DNA of 64,000 bases, taken from positions 3,976-67,975 of the forward strand of contig JAYFRN010000004.1 in assembly GCA_034925865.1 (NCBI GenBank), read 5' to 3'. Source of the DNA: Oscillospiraceae bacterium. GTDB taxonomy: Bacteria > Bacillota > Clostridia > Oscillospirales > SIG627. Below the pieces are notes generated by a model. The model was not told the DNA's origin and did no database searches. It was given only the letters and a program-made list of their open reading frames with translations. Of this stretch, positions 17,443 through 27,980 are shown piece by piece; the first letter of the stretch is position 1, and each line of letters starts with the position of its first letter. A program made the translations under genes and the position numbers.

Positions 17443-19308
17443 TTGAAATCGAGATATCGCGCGTTTATATTGATGCTTTCGGATACTGCGATAGTGGTAT
17501 TTCTTTTCAGCTTTATATACGCAATATGTCATATCGATGAGGCGCTGCCGATACAGATTTTTTTTAAATCCCTCTTGCTTGCCGCGGTGGTATATCTGCT
17601 CGTAATGATTTTATTCGGTATTTACAAGAGTCTTTGGCGATATGCGCAGCCAAAAGAATATTTCATGTGCAATATCGCGTCTTTTGCCGCCGGATTTGTT
17701 TTTTTTGGTATAAGCAGACTGATTTTACCGGAAATAATACCGTTTTACTTTTATTTGCTCGTGATGTCGACAATTTCTATTGCTTTTGTGACTGTAAGGC
17801 TTTTATATCGTGTTTTCCGTGATTATTATATAAATCAATCAAGGATGCTCAAGCAGGACAAACGAAATATTTTAAAAAAGCGTACAATTATAGTAGGCTG
17901 CGGAGCCGAGACGCGTAATCTGCTTGATGAAATCACAAAGGATGGAAGCTCTGATATTCTTCCTATAATCGCGGTTGACGACGATATTTCAAAAATAGGT
18001 AAATATTTTCAAAATATAAAGGTTGCAGGAGTGTGCGGCGATATTCCTCGTCTATGCGAAGAATACGAAATTGAAATGATTGTAATCGCCATGCCCTCTG
18101 CCACAAACTCACAGCGCTCCGTGATACTCGAATACTGTGTCGAAACCGGATGTGAAGTTAAAATAATGCCGCATTCCTACGATTTTACCACAGATACAGA
18201 TTATTTGAGTAAGCTTAGAGAAATCACAACAGACGAGCTTCTCGGACGTGATCCGCAGGTAATCGCAGACAATGAAATTTATTCATTTGTAAGCGGAAAA
18301 ACGGTAATGGTTACCGGCGGCGGCGGATCCATCGGTTCCGAGCTGTGCAGGCAGATCGCAAAATACAATCCGAAAAAGCTTGTGATTGTGGATATATACG
18401 AAAACAATGCATATGACATAGAACAGGAATTAAAGCGTAAATATTCTGACAGTCTGAATCTGGAAACAGTTATTGCTTCAGTGAGGGAATATGATAGAAT
18501 AAACCGGATCATGGAAGAACAAAAGCCTGTTATCGTATTCCATGCCGCGGCGCACAAGCATGTTCCGCTTATGGAGAATTCTCCTCAGGAGGCCGTAAAA
18601 AATAATATTTTCGGAACTCTGAACGTTGCGCGTGCTGCGGAAGCAAACGGCGTTAAAAAATTTATAATGATTTCCACCGACAAAGCCGTAAATCCCACTA
18701 ATATTATGGGAGCTTCAAAACGCATATGTGAAATGATCATACAATCAATGAGTAAACGTTCTAAAACGGTGTTTGCGGCGGTCAGATTCGGAAATGTTCT
18801 CGGTTCCAACGGATCTGTCATACCTCTTTTTAAAAAGCAGATAGAAGAAGGCGGACCGGTTACAATCACACATCCCGATATAATAAGGTATTTCATGACG
18901 ATTCCGGAAGCCGCTCAGCTGGTTCTTACCGCCGGCGCAATGGCTGCCGGAGGCGAAATATTCGTGCTTGATATGGGTAAACCGGTGAAAATTCTAGATC
19001 TTGCAAAGAAGCTTATATTCCTCGCGGGCCTTGTTCCGGACAAGGACATAAAAATAGAATATATAGGACTCAGACCCGGAGAAAAGCTTTTTGAAGAACT
19101 CCTGCTTGATGAAGAGGGAATTAGAACAACTGATAATAATAAAATATTCGTCGGCAATCCTTCGGACATATCATATGAAAAGCTTATACCGATGTTAGAT
19201 AAAATAAAAGAAATCGCATATAAAACAGATATTGACAGTAAAGCCATGCTGCATGAAATCGAGACAGAAATGATGAAAATAGTACCTAATTTCAGGCGGG
19301 CTGTTTAA
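17443..19308 (+). CDS. Membrane-anchored CapD/PglF-type UDP-HexNAc 4,6-dehydratase
   Basis: Four N-terminal TM helices, Rossmann motif VTGGGGSIGSEL, and the polysaccharide biosynthesis protein CapD pattern. Confidence 0.85.
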   Translation: MKSRYRAFILMLSDTAIVVFLFSFIYAICHIDEALPIQIFFKSLLLAAVVYLLVMILFGIYKSLWRYAQPKEYFMCNIASFAAGFVFFGISRLILPEIIPFYFYLLVMSTISIAFVTVRLLYRVFRDYYINQSRMLKQDKRNILKKRTIIVGCGAETRNLLDEITKDGSSDILPIIAVDDDISKIGKYFQNIKVAGVCGDIPRLCEEYEIEMIVIAMPSATNSQRSVILEYCVETGCEVKIMPHSYDFTTDTDYLSKLREITTDELLGRDPQVIADNEIYSFVSGKTVMVTGGGGSIGSELCRQIAKYNPKKLVIVDIYENNAYDIEQELKRKYSDSLNLETVIASVREYDRINRIMEEQKPVIVFHAAAHKHVPLMENSPQEAVKNNIFGTLNVARAAEANGVKKFIMISTDKAVNPTNIMGASKRICEMIIQSMSKRSKTVFAAVRFGNVLGSNGSVIPLFKKQIEEGGPVTITHPDIIRYFMTIPEAAQLVLTAGAMAAGGEIFVLDMGKPVKILDLAKKLIFLAGLVPDKDIKIEYIGLRPGEKLFEELLLDEEGIRTTDNNKIFVGNPSDISYEKLIPMLDKIKEIAYKTDIDSKAMLHEIETEMMKIVPNFRRAV

Positions 19309-19336
19309 TATACTTAGACGAAGGGACTTGATTATA

Positions 19337-20464
19337 TTGTCAAAAAGGATATTTTTATCGTCTCCCACCATGAATGGGAGCGAAAAAGCTTATATAGATG
19401 AAGCATTCCGTACAAACTGGATCGCCCCTCTCGGTGCGAATGTGGACGGATTTGAAAAGGAATTATGCGAATATTTAGATCCGGTCGGGTTTGCCTGCGC
19501 TCTCGTTTCCGGGACATCGGCAATTCATCTTGCACTTAAGCTGGCCGGAATAGACGAAGGCGACAGGGTTTTTTGTTCATCACTGACTTTTTCCGCATCG
19601 GCCAACCCGATCGTATATGAAAAAGCTATTCCGGTTTTCATCGACAGCGAAACCGAATCATGGAATATGTCGCCGGAAGCATTGGAAAAAGCTTTTATAA
19701 AATATCCTGATACAAAAGCTGTAATTGCAGTTAATCTCTACGGAACACCGGCAAAGCTTGACGAGATCAGTGATATCTGCACATCACATAATGCCGTTTT
19801 TATCGAAGACGCGGCCGAATCTCTCGGTGCTCGCTACAAAAGCAGGCAAACAGGAACATTCGGCAGATTTAGTGCATTTTCTTTCAACGGAAATAAAATA
19901 ATAACTACTTCCGGCGGGGGAATGCTTTTTTCATATGACGAAAACGCCGTAAAAAAGGCACGCTTCTGGGCGACGCAGTCACGTGATCCTGCAAGGCATT
20001 ATCAGCACAGCGAAATTGGATATAATTACAGGATGAGCAATATTGTCGCAGGAATAGGTCGTGGACAGCTTAAAACACTTGATGAGTTTATCTCACGTAA
20101 AAAAGCGATAAGGGATAAATATCTATGCTCGCTTTCCGGATTGCCGGAGCTGACTTTGAATCCGGTTCCGGCTTATTCGGAACCGAATTACTGGCTTACC
20201 TCTGTAACGGTCGACAAAAGCTCAAAAATAACGCCGGATGATATTATCAATACCCTTAATGATGACAACATAGAATCGCGTCCTATATGGAAGCCTATGC
20301 ATCTCCAGCCGGTTTTTACAGGTATGGATTATATAACCGCCGGCAAGACAAGCGTATCGGATGACATATTTACTCGCGGCGTATGTCTCCCAAGCGATAT
20401 TAAAATGGATGAAAATGATATGGAAAGAGTCACACAACGTATATTAAAGCTCTTTGGAAAATGA
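19337..20464 (+). CDS. DegT/DnrJ/EryC1-type PLP aminotransferase (4-keto-6-deoxy-HexNAc aminotransferase type)
   Basis: LSSPTMNGSE..YIDEAF..NWIAPLG N-terminus and an FSFNGNKIIT lysine motif. The start was moved to the in-frame TTG at 19337 for SD spacing. Confidence 0.85.
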   Translation: MSKRIFLSSPTMNGSEKAYIDEAFRTNWIAPLGANVDGFEKELCEYLDPVGFACALVSGTSAIHLALKLAGIDEGDRVFCSSLTFSASANPIVYEKAIPVFIDSETESWNMSPEALEKAFIKYPDTKAVIAVNLYGTPAKLDEISDICTSHNAVFIEDAAESLGARYKSRQTGTFGRFSAFSFNGNKIITTSGGGMLFSYDENAVKKARFWATQSRDPARHYQHSEIGYNYRMSNIVAGIGRGQLKTLDEFISRKKAIRDKYLCSLSGLPELTLNPVPAYSEPNYWLTSVTVDKSSKITPDDIINTLNDDNIESRPIWKPMHLQPVFTGMDYITAGKTSVSDDIFTRGVCLPSDIKMDENDMERVTQRILKLFGK

Positions 20465-21321
20465 AAAATACGGATAAATTTTCTGTCTTAATGTGCGTTT
20501 ATGCATTAGACGATGCCAAAAAGTTTATAAATGCATTTAATTCCATATACTTTGAGCAAACGATAAAGCCTGATGAGATAATAATTGTAATTGACGGATC
20601 ATTGCCGCCGGAACTGAGTGATACAGTTGAAAATGTCATTTCATCCTGCCCGGCAGTAAAAATAATAAAGCTTAATGAAAACCTTGGCCGGGGTGAAGCC
20701 AGAAGAATAGGAATGCTGGCTTGTACAATGCCGCTTGTCGCAGTTATGGATGCAGACGATCTCAGTGTATCAGAACGTTTTGAGCTTCAGCTTGAGTGTT
20801 ATCGGAAGGATCCTTCGCTTTCGATCGTCGGCGGATACATCGAAGAGCTTTCTTCAGAAAAAGGAATATCTCACAGATTGATAAGGACTGTCCCGTTGAA
20901 TGACAGTGATATCCGACGCGGTATGAAGGACAGGTCTCCGTTCAATCATATAACCATAATGATGCGCAGAGACGATGTGATTGCCGCCGGAAACTATTCC
21001 GGGCACTTTGAAAGCGAGGATTATGATCTTTTTTTCAGAATGGAGCAAAAAGGCTTCCGTTTTCTGAATCTCCCCATGGTACTGTGCGTAATTTCTAGTG
21101 ATAAAAACATGTACCGCCGCAGGGGGGGATGGCATTATTTCAAAAGTGAAGCATCACAACATATCGAAATGTATAAATGCGGCTTCATCTCGTTTCCGCG
21201 GCTTATTTATAACATTGCACTTAGATTTGTCGTTCATTCGGCCGCTCCAAACAGTTTCAGAATAATTTTATACCGAATTTTCGCAAGAAAGAGCAAAGAT
21301 AAGAGAAATAGCAGTGATTAA
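20461..21321 (+). CDS. Glycosyltransferase family 2
   Basis: SVLMCVY...DE, a DGS motif and a DADD motif. ATGA overlap with the upstream gene. Confidence 0.8.
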   Translation: MKNTDKFSVLMCVYALDDAKKFINAFNSIYFEQTIKPDEIIIVIDGSLPPELSDTVENVISSCPAVKIIKLNENLGRGEARRIGMLACTMPLVAVMDADDLSVSERFELQLECYRKDPSLSIVGGYIEELSSEKGISHRLIRTVPLNDSDIRRGMKDRSPFNHITIMMRRDDVIAAGNYSGHFESEDYDLFFRMEQKGFRFLNLPMVLCVISSDKNMYRRRGGWHYFKSEASQHIEMYKCGFISFPRLIYNIALRFVVHSAAPNSFRIILYRIFARKSKDKRNSSD

Positions 21322-21353
21322 AATTTTTATATGCTTTACAATAGGATTATTTT

Positions 21354-21941
21354 ATGTATAAAAAATTCATTAAAAGACTGCTTGATATAGTAATATCCTT
21401 TTTAGGACTGGTTATACTCTCGCCGGTCATGCTTATCACCGCAATACTCGTCAGAATCAAGCTGGGAAAACCAATTTTGTTCAAGCAGGTAAGGCCCGGT
21501 AAAAACGAAAAGCTATTTACAATCAAAAAATTCCGTACAATGACCAACGAGTATGACGCGTCAGGGAAAATTATGTCTGATGAAAAGCGCCTTACAAAAT
21601 TTGGCCGGATTTTACGATCGACGAGCCTCGATGAGCTTCCCGAGCTTTGGAATATATTTATTGGTGAAATGAGTATTATCGGCCCGCGACCTTTGCTTGT
21701 TGAATACCTTACGCAATACACTCCGCGTCAAAAACACCGTCACGATGTTTCTCCCGGGCTGACAGGTTGGGCACAAGTCAACGGACGCAATGCACTGACC
21801 CGAGAGAAAAAAATTGAATATGACCTCGAATACATAGACAAGATGTCATTCTTGTTTGATTGTAAAATTTTCTTAAAGACAATTTCAAAAGTTTTTAAAC
21901 GCGAAAACATAGAGCCGGCACCCGGAACTGAGGACGCGTAA
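21354..21941 (+). CDS. Small PglC/WcfS-type undecaprenyl-phosphate sugar-phosphate transferase (priming enzyme)
   Basis: KRLLDIVISFLGLV re-entrant helix, KFRTM and SIIGPRP motifs. 195 aa. Confidence 0.85.
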   Translation: MYKKFIKRLLDIVISFLGLVILSPVMLITAILVRIKLGKPILFKQVRPGKNEKLFTIKKFRTMTNEYDASGKIMSDEKRLTKFGRILRSTSLDELPELWNIFIGEMSIIGPRPLLVEYLTQYTPRQKHRHDVSPGLTGWAQVNGRNALTREKKIEYDLEYIDKMSFLFDCKIFLKTISKVFKRENIEPAPGTEDA

Positions 21942-22066
21942 AAATTGTAAATTAATCTATCAATCTTCAGAATAATCGGCAAAAACAACCGCAATTTGGT
22001 TAAGACAAAACCGCTGAAAACTTGCGGCTCGGTAAAAATGCCGTATAGAGAAAGGCATATCAATTT

Positions 22067-23167
22067 ATGAGCGGCAAGCGTATACTTATTCTTTCAAACA
22101 ACGGACTCGGGCTTTATAAATTCAGAAAAGAGCTCATTGAAGCGATGATTTCACATGGCAATACAGTGATCCTCGCTTTCCCATTTGATGAATATAAAGA
22201 AAGACTTACAGAAGAATTAGGTTGTGAATGCATAGATACGCCGCTTGAACGCCGCGGTACCGATCCTGCAAAAGATCTCAGTCTTTTAAACGAGTATACC
22301 CGCTTAATGAAACGCGTAAAGCCCAGCATTGTTATTACATATACGATAAAACCGAACATATACGGCGGGCTTGCCGCAAAATCAAGAAAAATACCGTATT
22401 ACTCGAATATAACCGGTCTTGGCACCGCGTTTCACACAGACGGTATGATGAAAGCTCTCGTGACCGCGCTGTATAAAGCCGCGTTATCTAAAGCATCGCA
22501 TGTTTTTTTTGAAAATGCTGAAAACAGGAATATATTTTTATCTCTGGGTATTATTCCTGAAAACATCACAACCATATTGAACGGCGCAGGCGTCAACACG
22601 AATTATTATTCTTTCCAAACATATCCCGATCCTGAAAGCGTTCCGATAAAATTTTTGTTCATAGGAAGGATAATGGCGGAGAAGGGAATTAACGAGCTTT
22701 TTGAAGCAGCTCGCAGAATTAAAGCAGAAAAAATAAACGCAGAGGTTAATATTGCCGGATATTTCGACGATGACTATAAAAAGCAAACCGAAGCTCTGTG
22801 CGACGAAGGAATTATCAGATATCTTGGATTTCATGACGATGTCAGACCTCTTTTAAAAGAAACACATTGTTTTATTCTTCCTTCATATCATGAAGGAATG
22901 GCAAATACCGTTCTTGAAGCCGCATCTTCCGGGCGGCCTCTGATTGTTTCTGATATAAGCGGCTGCAGAGAAGCTGTTGAAAACGGGGAAAACGGATTAT
23001 TGATTGAACCACATTCTGTTGAATCGCTTTTTTCGGCCATGAAAAGCTTTGCGGAACTCTCTAATGACATACGCATATCAATGGGAGAGGAATCAAGACG
23101 CATTGCAGTAAATAAATTCGATAAAAACAAGGTCGTCGATATGGTTATGGAGGTAATAGGATTATGA
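22067..23167 (+). CDS. Glycosyltransferase family 4
   Basis: GT-B C-terminal EGMANTVLEAASSGRPLIVSD motif. Confidence 0.8.
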   Translation: MSGKRILILSNNGLGLYKFRKELIEAMISHGNTVILAFPFDEYKERLTEELGCECIDTPLERRGTDPAKDLSLLNEYTRLMKRVKPSIVITYTIKPNIYGGLAAKSRKIPYYSNITGLGTAFHTDGMMKALVTALYKAALSKASHVFFENAENRNIFLSLGIIPENITTILNGAGVNTNYYSFQTYPDPESVPIKFLFIGRIMAEKGINELFEAARRIKAEKINAEVNIAGYFDDDYKKQTEALCDEGIIRYLGFHDDVRPLLKETHCFILPSYHEGMANTVLEAASSGRPLIVSDISGCREAVENGENGLLIEPHSVESLFSAMKSFAELSNDIRISMGEESRRIAVNKFDKNKVVDMVMEVIGL

Positions 23168-23697
23168 GCGCTCGGGAAAAACCGTTTGCGTGCTTTCTTA
23201 TAAAACATATACAGCATTACGACCATGATAAATATTGGAGAATGCGAAACGCCGTAATCGATCCGCAAAACAATACTCCGCTTTTGATCAAATATTTATA
23301 TCTGCTTAAAATTAAAAAAATGGATGCGTATAACAACGCATCGCTCGGAACAGATATTGGTTACGGATCAAGGTTTGCCTCTCCACCGTCGCTTCCCCAT
23401 GGTATAAGAGGAATTTTTATTCACAATAATGTTGTTGTCGGCAAAAACTGTACCATATTTCAGCAGGTCACAATCGGCGCGAGAAAACAGGCGATCGATC
23501 CCCACGACGAAGCCACGCCGATAATCGGTGACAATGTTCTCATCGGAGCAGGAGCGAAAATACTCGGCGGCATAGTGATAGGAAACGGAGTGAAAATCGG
23601 AGCAAATTGCGTGGTTACTATGGATGTTCCCGATAACGCCGTTGTTTTTTTACCTGAACCCACAGTTATTATTAGGAAAGAAGCTAATGAACACTGA
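23164..23697 (+). CDS. Hexapeptide-repeat O-acetyltransferase (serine acetyltransferase-like)
   Basis: Left-handed beta-helix repeats IGDNVLIGAGAKILGGIVIGNGVKIGANCVV. Confidence 0.7.
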   Translation: MSAREKPFACFLIKHIQHYDHDKYWRMRNAVIDPQNNTPLLIKYLYLLKIKKMDAYNNASLGTDIGYGSRFASPPSLPHGIRGIFIHNNVVVGKNCTIFQQVTIGARKQAIDPHDEATPIIGDNVLIGAGAKILGGIVIGNGVKIGANCVVTMDVPDNAVVFLPEPTVIIRKEANEH

Positions 23698-24511
23698 AAA
23701 AAAGATCTCAGTGATAATGGGTATATATAATTGTTCATCGACGCTTGCCGCCGCAATTGAATCCATTCTTTCACAAACATATGATAATTTTGAGCTAATA
23801 ATATGCGACGATGGATCTGTCGACCGGACATATGAAATTGCAAAAGCATATGCCGATATCAATCCCGAAAAAATCAAGCTGATAAAAAACAAAAAAAATA
23901 TAAAGCTGGCCGCGACACTTAATCGTTGTCTGGAATATGCAAAAGGCGATTATATAGCGCGAATGGACGGAGATGATATTTCAGTCGCAGAACGCTTTGA
24001 AAAACAGACTGAATTTTTAAACACTCATCCGGAATACGACCTGGTCGGGACTCAAATGATTTCATTTGACGAAACCGGTGATGTCGGGGTCAGGGAAGTA
24101 ATCGGAATTCCTGATAAAAAATGCCTCGTAACTCGCAATCCTTTCGCTCACGCAACAATAATGTGCCGCCGTAATGTCTATTCTGTATTAAAAGGTTACA
24201 GTATAGAAACGTATGCCGAAAGATGCGAAGACATGGAGCTTTGGTTCAGATTCTTTGCGCACGGTTTCAAAGGTTATAATCTACAGCTTCCGCTTTATAA
24301 AGTGAGAGAAACGGCGGCTGATTATAAAAGAAGGAAGCTTAAATACGGATTTGGAGCGTCAAAAGTGCTTATAAAAGGATACCGGCTTCTCGGATATCCG
24401 TTATATTTATATCCCTTCGCATTAAAGCCGATACTCGCTTATGCACTTCCGACATCAATTATGAAAGCATATCACAACAAAAACGATAAAAACACAGCGT
24501 CTGCCAATTGA
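23687..24511 (+). CDS. Glycosyltransferase family 2
   Basis: ISVIMGIYN start, DDGS and DGDD motifs. The start was taken at the internal ATG 23687, which gives an 11-nt overlap with the upstream gene. Confidence 0.8.
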   Translation: MNTEKKISVIMGIYNCSSTLAAAIESILSQTYDNFELIICDDGSVDRTYEIAKAYADINPEKIKLIKNKKNIKLAATLNRCLEYAKGDYIARMDGDDISVAERFEKQTEFLNTHPEYDLVGTQMISFDETGDVGVREVIGIPDKKCLVTRNPFAHATIMCRRNVYSVLKGYSIETYAERCEDMELWFRFFAHGFKGYNLQLPLYKVRETAADYKRRKLKYGFGASKVLIKGYRLLGYPLYLYPFALKPILAYALPTSIMKAYHNKNDKNTASAN

Positions 24512-24538
24512 ACCTATGACGCCGCGGAGGAAAAGAAA

Positions 24539-25672
24539 TTGCTCGTATACATCCTTCTGATATTCGCTGTTATGGCGGTTTCTATGATAGATATAAAAAT
24601 ACACAGCAGAAGGAACGTCGTAAACAGCGTATTATCGAATACAGTTGACATAGTGTCCGCTCCGGTAAGGCCTTCATGGTTTGCGACAATTCTGATAATC
24701 GCGCTGCTTACCGTAATTGCCGGATGGAGGAGTTTTGTCGGAACTGATTATAGCAACTATATAGACTGTTATACGGTTTTCTCGGGATGGTCATACGCGG
24801 ATGCATTCAAGGAATCAGAGCCGCTTTTCACCGTACTTAATATTTTTGTCAAGGATGTATTCGATAATTATATTGGCGTTTTCGCAATCTCCGGATTTTT
24901 AACCGTTGTCTGTCTTGTACTTTCAATCAGGTATTATTCATCAAATTTTTCATTGTCTGTATACCTGATGTTTACGTCTATGGTATATTTCAGCTCGTTT
25001 AACGGCGTACGCCAGAGGTTAGCGGCTATGATCATAATGCTTGCATATCCGCTGATCAGGAAGAAGAAATATGTCTGGCTGTTAATTGTGATTTTTATTG
25101 CATCGCTGATACACGCCTCATCAATTTATATGATTGCTTTTATCTTATTTTCATATACCAAGGCATGGTCAAAATTTACAGGGATAACGATTTCATGTTT
25201 CATGCTTGCTTTTGTGTTTTATCAGCCGTTTGCGGGTATAATTTTCAAGCTGCTTGAAACATTTAAAAGTACTTATACATCATATGAGACGGAGCTTACT
25301 CAGACAGGCTTCGGAGCAAACGCGTTAAGATTCATCTTTTTGGGGATACCGGTTATTCTCAGCTATATTTTCTATGATTCGCTGAAAAAGACACGCCCGG
25401 ATATTGATATTTTAATAAATTTTTCGCTGTTGAATTCACTTTTTATGTTTCTCGCGATACGCCATTGGCTTTTCGCAAGGTTCAATATTTTTCTAGATAT
25501 ATTTAATATTTTGTTATGGCCTGAAATTATAAAGGTGCTTCAGCCTAAGGAAAAGGTATTTATCGGATATATAGTAACTCTCGTATTTTTCATATATATG
25601 TGTCTTATGCTTAAAACCGAATCGAATCTTTTACCGTATAAATCATGGCTTTGGAGTTATGTCAGTATATAA
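24539..25672 (+). CDS. EpsG-family membrane protein (Wzy-type repeat-unit polymerase candidate)
   Basis: About 10 TM helices, a GTDYSNY motif, and TTG after GGAGGAAAAG. Confidence 0.65.
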   Translation: MLVYILLIFAVMAVSMIDIKIHSRRNVVNSVLSNTVDIVSAPVRPSWFATILIIALLTVIAGWRSFVGTDYSNYIDCYTVFSGWSYADAFKESEPLFTVLNIFVKDVFDNYIGVFAISGFLTVVCLVLSIRYYSSNFSLSVYLMFTSMVYFSSFNGVRQRLAAMIIMLAYPLIRKKKYVWLLIVIFIASLIHASSIYMIAFILFSYTKAWSKFTGITISCFMLAFVFYQPFAGIIFKLLETFKSTYTSYETELTQTGFGANALRFIFLGIPVILSYIFYDSLKKTRPDIDILINFSLLNSLFMFLAIRHWLFARFNIFLDIFNILLWPEIIKVLQPKEKVFIGYIVTLVFFIYMCLMLKTESNLLPYKSWLWSYVSI

Positions 25673-25785
25673 ACATAAGAATGAGTGAAATTATCAAGAC
25701 AGCAAGTTTCGTACTTTTGCGGTCATAGTACCAGCGATTTTACAAGCTCAGCCGCTATAAAATGTTGAAAGGCATAATCTTAAAT

Positions 25786-26904
25786 ATGAAAAAAATCCTG
25801 TTTATGATTCCTACGCTCATGCATGGCGGCGCCGAAAAGGTCCTTGTCAACCTTGTCAATAATTTAAGCCGGGAAAAATACGATATAACATTGATGACTC
25901 TTTTTGATGAGGGAGTAAATAAACAATATTTAAAAAAAGATATTAAATATAAATATGTTTTCAAGCATATTTTCAAGGGCAACACAAAGATATTAAAGCT
26001 TTTTTCGCCACAAGCACTTTATAAAAGATTTATTAAAGACAAATATGATATTGCAGTTTCTTATCTGGAGGGACCGACCGCAAGGATTATTTCCGGATGC
26101 CCGAATAAATCGACAAAGCTTGTCAGCTGGATACATATCGAACAAGAAAATGAAAAAATATTTGCGTACAGCTTCAGAACCGTCAGTGAAGCTCGAAAAT
26201 GCTATAATAGGTTCGACAGAATCGTATGCGTTTCTGATACCGTAAAAAAGGACTTTGAAAAATTATTACCATTTGAAATGAAACATCCTATTGATGTGAT
26301 ATACAATATAAACGAAACGGATGCAATATGCGTTAAAGCAAAAGAACAGGTGGAAGATATCGTTTTTGATAAAAATACAGTGAACATCGTTTCTGTGGCA
26401 AAAATAATGAAGACGAAAGGCTATGACCGCCTTGCTGCTGCACATAAAAGATTGATCGGTGAAGGATATATACATCATATATATATTCTCGGTATCGGAG
26501 AGGAAAAAGAGAACATTCAAAAGTATATCGATGAAAACGGGCTCGGTTCCTCGTTTACTTTTCTCGGCTTCCGCGACAATCCATATAAGTACGTTTTAAA
26601 ATGTGACTTATATGTATGCTCGTCGCGCAGGGAAGGCTTCAGCACAGCGGTAACAGAGGCTTTGATTCTCGGCATTCCTGTCGTCAGCACACGGTGTTCA
26701 GGAGCAGAGGAGCTTTTAGGTAAAAACAATGAATTCGGTATCATCGTAGATAACTCCGAGGAAGGAATTTATCTCGGGATGAAAAAGCTGCTTTCTGATA
26801 AAAACGCACTTGCCGAATACAAAAAAGCGGCGCGGAAGCGCGGAGCTTCTTTCGTAAAGAGCGAGGTTTTAAAAGCAAACGAGGATTTTTTTGACAGCAT
26901 ATGA
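25786..26904 (+). CDS. Glycosyltransferase family 4
   Basis: MKKILFMIPTLMHGGAEKV N-terminus and a C-terminal REGFSTAVTEALILGIPVVS motif. Confidence 0.8.
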   Translation: MKKILFMIPTLMHGGAEKVLVNLVNNLSREKYDITLMTLFDEGVNKQYLKKDIKYKYVFKHIFKGNTKILKLFSPQALYKRFIKDKYDIAVSYLEGPTARIISGCPNKSTKLVSWIHIEQENEKIFAYSFRTVSEARKCYNRFDRIVCVSDTVKKDFEKLLPFEMKHPIDVIYNINETDAICVKAKEQVEDIVFDKNTVNIVSVAKIMKTKGYDRLAAAHKRLIGEGYIHHIYILGIGEEKENIQKYIDENGLGSSFTFLGFRDNPYKYVLKCDLYVCSSRREGFSTAVTEALILGIPVVSTRCSGAEELLGKNNEFGIIVDNSEEGIYLGMKKLLSDKNALAEYKKAARKRGASFVKSEVLKANEDFFDSI

Positions 26905-27980
26905 TTAGAAATATAGCATTTTTAACCGGCAGCATGTCGAAATCCGGCGGCACGACAAAGGCTGTATCGCTTATTGCCTCTGAACTGGCAAAAGAACCTG
27001 AATATTGTGTGTATATAGTCGATCTTTTCAATTTTGAAAAGAAACCATATTTTGATATAGCCGGAAATGTAAGCTATTCGACTTTGAATGGCGGCTCGGT
27101 ATTGAAAAATATTTCGCTTTTAAGAAGATATATATTGAAAAAGAAGATAAACGTCATCATCTGCGTAGAGGCGATGATGGGAATTTATTCTATGCCCGCT
27201 GCGCTTTTTACAAAAACAAAGCAAATCATCTGGGAACACGGCAATTTTTATCAGAAACAATGTTCTTCGATCGATAAAGTGCGCGCGCTTGAATACAAGC
27301 TTTGTGATTATTACATTACTTTGACAGAACGGGATAAAAGCAATTTTATATCTCATTTCAAAGGAAAATGTAAAACTGATTATATATATAATCCCGTTGA
27401 ATATTCTTCAGAACGAGCTTCATATGATTTGGCTTCTAAAAAGCTTCTTACTGTCGGGATAATCAGAAAAATTAAAGGCTATGACATGCTCTGCGATGCC
27501 GCGAGGATTATTTTTGACGCTCACCCGGACTGGACATGGGAAATATACGGAAGAGACGATTTTGAACCAGAAACAACAGCGGAATTGAAAGAAAAGATAT
27601 CCAGGCTGAAGCTTGATAAGAATTTATTTCTGATGGGTACGACTCACGATATGCCCTCAGTGTATAAAAGCGCCGCTATATATGTCATGACATCGAGAAT
27701 GGAAGGCCTTCCAATGGTATTGCTTGAAGCAAAATCCTTCGGCCTTCCGCTAATCAGCTTTGATATAATGACAGGACCCTCGGAAATTATATCGAACGAT
27801 GTAAACGGATATTTGGTAGAAGAAGAAAATACGTCAGAGCTAGCCGCACATATTTGCGAGTTGATTGATAATCCGCAAAAACGGATCGAATTTTCAAATA
27901 ACGCGAAAAGCGGTATTGAGAGATTTTCAATTGAAGTCATTATGAATAAATGGATGAAAATAATCGGAGAATTAATATGA
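26901..27980 (+). CDS. Glycosyltransferase family 4
   Basis: C-terminal MEGLPMVLLEAKSFGLPLISFD motif. ATGA overlap with the upstream gene. Confidence 0.8.
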   Translation: MIRNIAFLTGSMSKSGGTTKAVSLIASELAKEPEYCVYIVDLFNFEKKPYFDIAGNVSYSTLNGGSVLKNISLLRRYILKKKINVIICVEAMMGIYSMPAALFTKTKQIIWEHGNFYQKQCSSIDKVRALEYKLCDYYITLTERDKSNFISHFKGKCKTDYIYNPVEYSSERASYDLASKKLLTVGIIRKIKGYDMLCDAARIIFDAHPDWTWEIYGRDDFEPETTAELKEKISRLKLDKNLFLMGTTHDMPSVYKSAAIYVMTSRMEGLPMVLLEAKSFGLPLISFDIMTGPSEIISNDVNGYLVEEENTSELAAHICELIDNPQKRIEFSNNAKSGIERFSIEVIMNKWMKIIGELI

